In this document: one piece after another, positions 44,860-51,853 of the stretch
Layout of the letters: each line of letters starts with the position of its first letter
Position numbering within the stretch: the stretch's first letter is position 1
DNA from: a bacterium HR08
GTDB lineage: Bacteria; Acidobacteriota; Blastocatellia; HR10
Length of the DNA: 51,853 nucleotides
Assembly: GCA_002898775.1 (NCBI GenBank)
Contig: BEHK01000001.1
Location: 1-51,853 of the forward strand
Direction: 5' to 3'
Translations under genes and position numbers: made by a program
Notes under the pieces: generated by a model
What the model saw: only the letters and a program-made list of their open reading frames with translations
What the model was told of the DNA's origin: nothing
Databases searched by the model: none

Positions 44860-44870
44860 CCCCCCCCCCC
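44860..44870. repeat. C11 homopolymer
   Basis: There are eleven consecutive C residues. Confidence 0.9.
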
Positions 44871-45036
44871 ATGCGCGTGCATCGAGTGAGAAAAGCCGCT
44901 CCCCGTTTGGTCTCAACTCGATTTTCTCAAAGATGTCGCGCTGCAGACGCAGGACGAAGACATGATGGCGTCGAATTGAATGCCGCACATTAACGAAAAA
45001 GTATCCCGTGCAGCGATACGTGTGGATTTCGTCTCA

Positions 45037-45420
45037 CTACCATTTAGAAGTGAGGAGAGCACAAGCCAAATGAAGAATCCCGCTAGGTCGTGATCATACG
45101 CTCATAGCGCACTACCAAGCGCCGAAAATGCCCCAGACAGGCAAACATCCGCCCCACTACCGCCAGTAGCAGCACAACTTACGCTCGTCCTGATCAGCGC
45201 CCTTCCTGTGGTTGCACCGCGCAGGGATGATCGGCCCTATCCCCATTCCGCTTCAGCCTTTTGCACTGGGGTTTGCTATCGAAGGCCCGATCAGCAATCA
45301 GCCGCCGCGGGCGCTTACAGAGCCACCCTATGCGACGGTATCAAGCGTCCCCCTCAAGAGCGTAACCTCCGCCGAGGAAGCAAAGAGGACGGTTCTTGCT
45401 TGAAAGATGCTCATGATCAG
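45037..45420 (-). mobile_element. IS5-family (DDE) transposase remnant: C-terminal half only, with frameshifts and in-frame stops
   Basis: Reverse-strand frames give PRRLIADRAFDS, GIGPIIPARCNHRKG, GRMFACLGHFRRLVVRYERMITT and GILHLACALL. Confidence 0.65.
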
Positions 45421-45424
45421 ACTC

Positions 45425-45440
45425 TTTTTATCGGACGCAA
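45425..45440. repeat. Right copy of the 16-bp inverted repeat
   Basis: tttttatcggacgcaa is the reverse complement of 43643-43658. Confidence 0.5.
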
Positions 45441-45453
45441 TAAGCCCAGCGCA

Positions 45454-45469
45454 CCCCCCCCCCTCCCCC
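45454..45469. repeat. C10-T-C5 homopolymer tract
   Basis: The sequence is cccccccccctccccc. It lies about 50 nt beyond the 3' end of the receptor gene. Confidence 0.9.
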
Positions 45470-45517
45470 ATGGCTGCACCTTGCGGGAGAAGGTCCCCTC
45501 GAATGCAACACTCGAAT

Positions 45518-48500
45518 TCAAAAGAAGACCTTCAGGCCGAACTGGAGGATTCGGGGATCGAAAGCCGATGTGATGACGCCAAAGAGCGGCGTCCCCACGG
45601 TGATCCCGGGCCCGCCGAAGTTCGTCCGATTGAACAGATTGAAGGCCTCGAAGCGAAATTCCACGGAAGTCGTCTCCGTGATTGCCGTCTTCTTCAAGAG
45701 GGAGAAGTCGAAGGCGTTGAATCCAGGCCCGACGATCACGTTTCGCCCAGAGTTTCCGAATTCCCCGACGGGGGGCAGTTGGAACGCTCCCGTATCGAAC
45801 CACCGCTCGCGTCGCCGCTGATCCTTCGGCAGGTTTCCGTCGCGGAGGCGGTTCGGTCGGTCCGTGAGTCCACCGGTGAGGCTCCGATCTCCAGAGACGC
45901 GCGGCGTCCACGGCGACCCGCTGGCGAGCGTCCAAATCCCTCCCACCTGCCATCCACCGACCAGCTTCCCGAGGACTCCCGAAATGCTCGAGAGGTATCG
46001 GCGTCCGGGCCCGAAGGGGAGCTCGTAGATACCGGTAAGGGTCGCGCGATGCCGCTGATCATAATCGGAGTGAGCGCGCTCGGCGCGAAGGTTCCGCGGA
46101 TCCTGAGGGAAGAACTGCTCGCTCCCTCCGCCGACGGCCCCGGGCGAATCATCGATCGAGTGGGCGTAGGTGTAGCTCCCCATGAGCAGGAAGCCTCGCG
46201 ACAGGCGCTTCTGCACGTGAAGCTGCAGGGCATTGTAGCTCGAATTCGCGTGGCTGAACGTCGTCAGGAATGTCCCCCAATTCGGGAAGGGGCGGACGTA
46301 GGGCGCCTTCGGTGTTCCCGGCACGGCGCCTTGGTTCACCCACTTGATGTTGTCGAGGTTCGTTCCCTTGCTCCCGACGTAGCTGAGGTCCAGCATGAGA
46401 TCCGGGACGATTTGGTGTTGAATCCCGAAGCTCCACTGCTGCACGTACCCGTCCTTGAAATCCACGGCGAGGTTCCGTCCGCCGGGGACGCCCGCCACAC
46501 GCCCTTCAGGAAATGGGGCCTCAAATCGGAGGAGGAGACCGATCCCCGGGTTCGCGCGAAAGGTCTCATCCACGCGGAAGGGGATGTTGTTCCAGGCGAG
46601 AAAGATGCCGTTCCAGAGGGCGAGGTTGTAGTAGATCCCATATCCGGTGCGCAGCACGGTCGTGCCCTTCCCCGTCAGATCAAAGGCCAATCCCAAACGC
46701 GGTCCCCAGTTGCGCGTCGTGTAGGGATAGAGCGACCGATTCCGCCGCCCGCGAAATCCATCGTTCGGATCTCCGGCGATGAGGATCTGGCCGGGTCGAG
46801 CCGGATCCACATACCCATCGGGGACGAAGACGCTCATGCGGTTCTGCTTGTCCACGAAGGGTTGATAGAGTTCGTAGCGAATCCCGTAGTTCAGCGTGAA
46901 GCGTGGCGTCACCTTCAGGTCGTCCCCGAAGTAGAAGGCGAAGAGCGTCGAGCGGGCATCCGCGCGAGGGACGCCGCGTGTCCGTTGGGCGACTTGGGGG
47001 AGGCCGAGCAAGAACTCCGGCAATCCCGTCGACGCGCCGGTGAGGAAGTTGGTGAAGGTGAAGACCCCGCGATTGAAGGCGAGCACGCTCACGTTGTTGA
47101 ATTGCAACGGGCGAATATCGAATCCCCAGCGAAACGTGTGCTTGCCTCGAATCGCCGTGACGTTCCCGACGATCTGCTCGGAGTTCTCCACGCGCTGCTC
47201 GGGAGCGAACGAGAGATCACCGAGCGTCGCGAAACCGCTGATATTCACACTCGGATAGCCGTCTAACTCCGGCGGCAGCGGCGGTAGCCCTTGGATGCCG
47301 AGCTGTTGCGTCCCGCGAAACTTCCCAACCTGCTCCGACGTGTTCAGGGCGCGCTCCCGGTTATATCCCAAGCGCAGTTCGGCCAGCAGGGTGGGCCGGA
47401 ACGTATACGTGTTCACGATCGCCACGTTTTGAACCGTCAACTCATTGAAGAGCCCAAAGCGCGGGATAGCGCTCGGGGTGAAATCGTCCGTATCAGACCA
47501 CGTATAGCGCGCGAACAAGCGCCACCGATCAGAGACCTGATGATCCACGCGGATATTGAAGAGGGCACCATCCAGTCGCCGACTCTGGAAGTTAACGAAG
47601 TTCGGCCGTTGAAACGGCGCGTTGGGCAGCGGATAGAGGGCGATGAGCGTCCGGGCGATCGCCGAGATGCGCTCGGGCGGAATGCGATTGTTGGGGAAGG
47701 GCTGTCCGGTCTGGGGATCGAGCACAGGTCTCGGGTCGGCTGAGAAATCGCCCGCGCGTTCGGCGGCCGTGGGGACTTGCGCTGTCGCCGTCACCCCGCG
47801 GCGATGTCGGAGCCACTCCATGCTGGAGAAGAAGAACGTCCGGTTCTTCACCACGGGCCCGCCCAGCGTCCACCCGAATTGATTGCGTCGGAAGGGTGGC
47901 GGCTCCTGGAAGTCGAAGAAGTTCCGGGCGTCTAGCGCATCGTTTCGGAGGAATTCGAAGACGTTCCCATGAAGCTCGTTGGTGCCGGATTTGGTCGCCA
48001 CGTTCACCTGCCCGTTGGAGAAGAAACCGTACTGGGGATCGTAGGGTGAGGTCTGGACCCTGAACTCCTGCACCATCTCGATCGAGGGCTGCAGGCTTGT
48101 ATTCCGAAATCGGAAGCCGGAGGACTCGATGCCATCGATCAAGTAGCTGTTGTTACTCGCTCGACCGCCGCTCAGTTGCAAACCGATATTGTTCGGTCCA
48201 GAGCCTCGAAGCGTCACATGGGCTTTGACGGCCGGCGAGGCGCCCGGCACCAGATAGGCGAGCTGCAGATATTGTCGGCCGTTGAGGGGCAGTTCCAGGA
48301 CTTCACGCCGATTGATGACGGTCCCGATATTCGCATTCTCCGTGTTCACCAGCGGAACCTGAGCGACGACGATGACCTCCTCCCGCACCTCTCCGGGCTG
48401 GAGCACAATATCCAAGCGGGCCGCTTGCGCCACCTCCAGGATGATCCCGCTCTGGGCGAAGGGGCGAAAGCCCGTCATCTCCGCTCGGAGCGCGTACTCC

Positions 48501-48718
48501 CCGGGCAGCAGATTGAGGACGCGGTAGAGGCCATTCTCATCGCTCTGCACCGTTCGCGTCTCGTTCGTCCGCACGTTCCGCACGGTGATCGTCACGCCCG
48601 GGACGACGGCTCCGCTCGGATCTCGAACGATCCCCGTCAGTGAGGCCACCGTCGTTTGCGAGGCCACCGAGCACACGGGAAGAGCCAGAAGAACGAGGAG
48701 AAGACTGTGTCGTCTCAT
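45518..48718 (-). CDS. Carboxypeptidase-regulatory-domain TonB-dependent-receptor-like outer-membrane protein (1066 aa)
   Basis: After a signal peptide it reads SLTGIVRDPSGAVVPGVTITVRNVRTNETRTVQSDENGLYRVLNLLPGEYALRAEMTGFRP, followed by a plug and barrel ending in LQFGLKVFF. Confidence 0.9.
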   Translation of the reverse strand: MRRHSLLLVLLALPVCSVASQTTVASLTGIVRDPSGAVVPGVTITVRNVRTNETRTVQSDENGLYRVLNLLPGEYALRAEMTGFRPFAQSGIILEVAQAARLDIVLQPGEVREEVIVVAQVPLVNTENANIGTVINRREVLELPLNGRQYLQLAYLVPGASPAVKAHVTLRGSGPNNIGLQLSGGRASNNSYLIDGIESSGFRFRNTSLQPSIEMVQEFRVQTSPYDPQYGFFSNGQVNVATKSGTNELHGNVFEFLRNDALDARNFFDFQEPPPFRRNQFGWTLGGPVVKNRTFFFSSMEWLRHRRGVTATAQVPTAAERAGDFSADPRPVLDPQTGQPFPNNRIPPERISAIARTLIALYPLPNAPFQRPNFVNFQSRRLDGALFNIRVDHQVSDRWRLFARYTWSDTDDFTPSAIPRFGLFNELTVQNVAIVNTYTFRPTLLAELRLGYNRERALNTSEQVGKFRGTQQLGIQGLPPLPPELDGYPSVNISGFATLGDLSFAPEQRVENSEQIVGNVTAIRGKHTFRWGFDIRPLQFNNVSVLAFNRGVFTFTNFLTGASTGLPEFLLGLPQVAQRTRGVPRADARSTLFAFYFGDDLKVTPRFTLNYGIRYELYQPFVDKQNRMSVFVPDGYVDPARPGQILIAGDPNDGFRGRRNRSLYPYTTRNWGPRLGLAFDLTGKGTTVLRTGYGIYYNLALWNGIFLAWNNIPFRVDETFRANPGIGLLLRFEAPFPEGRVAGVPGGRNLAVDFKDGYVQQWSFGIQHQIVPDLMLDLSYVGSKGTNLDNIKWVNQGAVPGTPKAPYVRPFPNWGTFLTTFSHANSSYNALQLHVQKRLSRGFLLMGSYTYAHSIDDSPGAVGGGSEQFFPQDPRNLRAERAHSDYDQRHRATLTGIYELPFGPGRRYLSSISGVLGKLVGGWQVGGIWTLASGSPWTPRVSGDRSLTGGLTDRPNRLRDGNLPKDQRRRERWFDTGAFQLPPVGEFGNSGRNVIVGPGFNAFDFSLLKKTAITETTSVEFRFEAFNLFNRTNFGGPGITVGTPLFGVITSAFDPRILQFGLKVFF

Positions 48719-49110
48719 AATCTGCCCTCCTTTCCGGCGCAGATTGTAGTCCCCACCCGGGAGGAGGTCAAACGAGAAGATCTGATGAGTTCGATCAGCA
48801 TTCCTTTTGCTCCACCCGGCTGTCTGGCCGAGGGCGGGGAGTGGCTTCGATCCATCCCCTTCTGGGATGCGAACCGATCACGTTCATCGAAGTTGCGTCG
48901 CGGCCTGGTCTGCCGAGCTATGGGTCACGGTCGGCCCGAAACCGGGCGCGGCGAGCAGGGGCGACTGGCCAGTCGTCCCTACTTGTGGTGCCCGCACCGC
49001 AGGCGGAATGAGCCACAGAACGAGGCAGCTTCACAAGGCTCGCTCCCCCGTGGTATCTTACGGGCAGCGGGGATTGAACGGCGGGAACAGCTCGTCGGGG
49101 AGACGAGACG

Positions 49111-49506
49111 ATGAATCGGTGGAAGGATTGGTACGAGCAGGGAAAGCGAGATTATGAGCGCGCGCTCCTTGATCTGCAGTACGGCTACTATGAATGGGCG
49201 TGCTTCACCCTACAACAGTCGGCCGAGAAGGTCATCAAGGCGTTGGGACTGGCTCGCGGGCTGACACTCTGGGGTCACTCTTTGACCGAGATGCTGAGGC
49301 TGATCGGTCACGCTTTGGAGGTCCCGCCGGACATCCTGGAGTGTGCCCGGCGGCTCGACTTCTACTATATTTCGCCCCGTTATCCGAACGGCTTCGCCTC
49401 GGGCAAGCCGGCCGATTACTTCACCGAAGCTCAGGCGCGGGAGGCTCTGGATGCGGCAGATCAGATCATCCGGTTCTGTGAAGGCCATCTCCCTCGACCG
49501 GGATGA
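49111..49506 (+). CDS. HEPN-domain protein (toxin-like partner of the MNT gene)
   Basis: It contains FTLQQSAEKVIKAL, GHSLTEML and YISPRYPN. Confidence 0.8.
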   Translation: MNRWKDWYEQGKRDYERALLDLQYGYYEWACFTLQQSAEKVIKALGLARGLTLWGHSLTEMLRLIGHALEVPPDILECARRLDFYYISPRYPNGFASGKPADYFTEAQAREALDAADQIIRFCEGHLPRPG

Positions 49507-49819
49507 AGTGCTTCGACGGTTGCGGGAGGTCGCGGCCGAAGCTCTGGAGACCTTCCCAGAACTTCGGCAGATACGAGTGATCGGTTCTCTGGCGACGGGG
49601 ACCCAGACGGGCACCAGCGATGTGGACCTGTTGCTCCAGGTGGCGGACTTTCCAGCCCATCCGCTGGAGGCCATGAAACCCTACTACCTCTTCTTCTCCC
49701 GCCGCCTGAACGTGGGCCTGGATATGCTGCTCATCGGCCCGGTCCCCCCACCTGAATTGGAGGGGATGCTCCGAGAGAGCCTCTTGGTGGCCGCGCGGGA
49801 AGATGCCGCCTGCCTCTAG
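49478..49819 (+). CDS. Minimal nucleotidyltransferase (MNT) domain protein
   Basis: It contains IRVIGSLATGTQTGTSDVDLLL. GTG 49478 overlaps the HEPN gene by 29 nt. Confidence 0.7.
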   Translation: MKAISLDRDEVLRRLREVAAEALETFPELRQIRVIGSLATGTQTGTSDVDLLLQVADFPAHPLEAMKPYYLFFSRRLNVGLDMLLIGPVPPPELEGMLRESLLVAAREDAACL

Positions 49820-50724
49820 CTCGCATACACCTGGCCTGTGAGAGCCTCCTCACGCATCACGCGGTTGCGGAGTTCGCCGATGCGCTCGATCCAGGCGACG
49901 ACCTCATCCCCCTCGTTCAGATAGGTCGGAGGGCGACGGCCCATCCCGACCCCGGGTGGCGTTCCCGTGGAGATGATGTCTCCAGGCCGCAGCGTGAAGA
50001 GTTGCGAGAAGTAGTGCACCAGATAGGGGATCGAGAAGATCATCTCCCCCGTGTGGGAGTCCTGGCGCAGCTCCCCATTCACCCACAGTCGCAGACGCAG
50101 CGCGTGGGGATCGCCCACCTCGTCGGCCGTCACCAGAAATGGGCCGCAGGGAGCGAAGCCGTCGAACGTCTTGCCGTGCGTCCACTGCCCGGTCCGAAAC
50201 TGAAAATCCCGCGCGCTCACGTCGTTGAGCACCATATAGCCAGTCACATAGGCCATGGCCTCGCTCTCCGAGACATACTTCCCCTCCCGACCGATCACCA
50301 CGGCCAGCTCCACTTCATAATCGAGCTGCGCGACCGCGCGCGGGAGCGGGATCGGATCGCGCGGCCCGATGAGGGCGTTGGCGTACTTGGCGAAGAAGAT
50401 CGGCTCTTGCGGAATGGGCATTCCGGCTTCCCGCGCATGATCCCGATAGTTGAGGCCGAGGCAGATGATCTTCTCCGGCCTTCGGATGGGCGGCAGAAGG
50501 CACACCTGCTCAAGGGGCACTGCTGCGTCTTCGGAAAGCGGCCGCTCACCGGCTCGGATCGCCGCCTCTAAACGCTGCGCCTCGGAGAGCGCCTCCTGGC
50601 CGCGCTCCAACAGATCGCGCGCGTCTCGGAGATCGGGATCGCGATCGCTCAAGCTGTAGACCCGATCTCCGATAACGATCCCCACCTGTTCCCTCCCCTG
50701 CCAAATATAATGGGCCAACCGCAT
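49816..50724 (-). CDS. Fumarylacetoacetate hydrolase (FAH) family protein
   Basis: It contains IICLGLNYRDHAREAG, LDYEVELAVVIG, VLNDVSARDFQ and ISTGTPPGVG. Confidence 0.9.
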   Translation of the reverse strand: MRLAHYIWQGREQVGIVIGDRVYSLSDRDPDLRDARDLLERGQEALSEAQRLEAAIRAGERPLSEDAAVPLEQVCLLPPIRRPEKIICLGLNYRDHAREAGMPIPQEPIFFAKYANALIGPRDPIPLPRAVAQLDYEVELAVVIGREGKYVSESEAMAYVTGYMVLNDVSARDFQFRTGQWTHGKTFDGFAPCGPFLVTADEVGDPHALRLRLWVNGELRQDSHTGEMIFSIPYLVHYFSQLFTLRPGDIISTGTPPGVGMGRRPPTYLNEGDEVVAWIERIGELRNRVMREEALTGQVYAS

Positions 50725-50808
50725 ATCCCCTCCCTGCGCATGAGCTCAGACCGCACGCGAGAACCCCTGAATTTTAACAGCTCTCGGTCTGATGCTCAGC
50801 CCCACGAC

Positions 50809-50846
50809 GGGGTCCCCACGCGATCTCGAGATCGCGTGGGGTGTCC
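50809..50846. repeat. Palindromic repeat family, copy f
   Basis: The sequence is ggggtCCCCACGCGATCTCGAGATCGCGTGGGGtgtcc. Confidence 0.85.
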
Positions 50847-50877
50847 GCCGCCTTCTCCCGGTGAAGTGAGCGCGAGA

Positions 50878-51853
50878 TCACCCTGGGTGGAGAACGAGAC
50901 CGGGGTGAGCTCCGGTCAGGCCTGAGCGGTCTTTCACAATACAGCCACGAATGAGCACATATTCGACGCCGTGGGCGAACCGGCGCGGATGCGCGTAGTC
51001 GGCGCGATCGCCGATGGACTGCGGATCGAAGAGGGCGAGATCGGCCACCTTGCCCACCTCTACGGTCCCACGATCGCGAAGGCGAAGGCGCGCTGCCGGC
51101 AAGGCGGTGATCTTGCGAATGGCCTCCTCAAGGGGGAGAAGGCCGCGTTCGCGCACATAACGGCCGAGGAATCGTGCGAACGCCCCGTACAAACGCGGAT
51201 GTGGCCGTTGTCCGGTCTCGATCCCGTCGCTCCCGATCATGTGGAAGGGGTCGCGGAGAATGCGGCAAACATCCGGCTCATATCCATGATGCGAGATGAT
51301 GGAGACCTGTAACTCTTCTTCCCGTAAAAGCTGTACGATCGCCTCGCCTACAGAGATCGCGCGAGCGCGAGCGACCTCCGCGAGCGAGCGTCCCAGAGCG
51401 AAAGCGTTCCTCCTGGTCGTCAGCCCGCTGATGGTCACGCTCGCCCAATCCCGGGGAGCGACGTTGAGCTCGGTGATGATGCGGCGGCGGGTGAGTGGGT
51501 CGTTGAGTCGGGCGAGGATCCGTTCGGCGTCATCGGCCTGGGCCCACTCCGGCAGGAGCGCATGGAGGAAGGTCGAGCCGGCTGTGTAGGGATAGGAATC
51601 TATGGTCACGTCCACACCTCGCTTGCGGGCTCGATCGAGTCGTTCGAGCACAGCCTCGGCTTTCCCCCAATTCCCTCGCCCGGCGGTCTGCAGGTGAGAG
51701 ATCTGCACGGGCACACCAGCCTCTTCGGCGAGGGTGAGCGCTTCGGTGAGCGCTTCGTCGAGCCCATCGAAGTAATCGCGAAGGTGGATGGCGAAAAACC
51801 CGCCCGCTTCGCCCACGGCGCGGAGCACGGCACGCAGCTCCTCTCGCGTCGCG
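50878..51853 (-). CDS. D-aminoacylase / amidohydrolase-family protein (5' partial, continues beyond window)
   Basis: It contains VQISHLQTAG, DSYPYTAGST, MIGSDG and VEYVLIRGCIV. The frame stays open through the window end. Confidence 0.8.
   Translation of the reverse strand, partial: ATREELRAVLRAVGEAGGFFAIHLRDYFDGLDEALTEALTLAEEAGVPVQISHLQTAGRGNWGKAEAVLERLDRARKRGVDVTIDSYPYTAGSTFLHALLPEWAQADDAERILARLNDPLTRRRIITELNVAPRDWASVTISGLTTRRNAFALGRSLAEVARARAISVGEAIVQLLREEELQVSIISHHGYEPDVCRILRDPFHMIGSDGIETGQRPHPRLYGAFARFLGRYVRERGLLPLEEAIRKITALPAARLRLRDRGTVEVGKVADLALFDPQSIGDRADYAHPRRFAHGVEYVLIRGCIVKDRSGLTGAHPGLVLHPG

Noticed and set aside
48719-49110. A 390-bp leader upstream of the 1066-aa receptor gene, examined as a possible cobalamin or TPP riboswitch.
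   Set aside because: I could not find a B12-box or the conserved TPP core motifs on the minus strand, only short hairpins.
1-51853. A search for tRNA-Sec, sel genes, other tRNAs or rRNAs, and CRISPR arrays.
   Set aside because: The UCA-anticodon-loop-like strings I spotted (near 645, 29330, 40937 and 18983) all lie inside coding sequence and have no cloverleaf. No selA, selB or selD-like ORFs are present, and there are no regularly spaced repeats. This was a manual scan and is not exhaustive.

Overview
This is a high-GC bacterial chromosomal window. The gene content (carboxypeptidase-regulatory-domain TonB-dependent-like receptors with a LolA-like partner, several ECF sigma factors) suggests an Acidobacteria-like organism; this is an inference. 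The left half (about 1.2-25.2 kb) is a large mercury/soft-metal island. It holds three MerR-family regulators, each behind a MerR-type promoter (TTGAC-type -35, 20-nt spacer carrying a dyad, -10). It also holds two MerT-HMA fusion transporters, a CopZ-like Cys-rich protein, CMD/AhpD-like and DUF302 proteins, two multihaem cytochromes, a Crp/Fnr regulator, merB, a merF-like gene, TauE, DedA, a GH15 glucoamylase and merA. The main observation is that six genes here are interrupted only by in-frame TGA codons that sit exactly on the conserved Cys of CxxC, CC or catalytic-Cys motifs. These are two DUF3179 genes, one OsmC-like gene, one MerT/MerF-like membrane protein and two secreted HMA-domain proteins; one multihaem cytochrome is a weaker seventh case. 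Each TGA is followed about 12-32 nt later by a GC-rich hairpin. I read these as candidate selenocysteine codons, meaning a selenoprotein-based metal-handling system. No sel genes or tRNA-Sec are visible in the window, so this needs whole-genome confirmation. The right half carries a radical-SAM/alkaline-phosphatase-like pair, an oxidative pentose-phosphate operon (gnd-zwf-opcA-pgl), patatin, outer-membrane receptors, an ECF sigma locus, HEPN-MNT, an FAH-family hydrolase and a partial D-aminoacylase. Interspersed are many abutting gene fragments, a roughly 38-bp palindromic repeat family (six full copies plus one short, one inserted in frame inside a gene), and a lower-GC mosaic with an IS5-family transposase remnant and long G/C homopolymers. 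I saw no rRNA, tRNA or CRISPR array.
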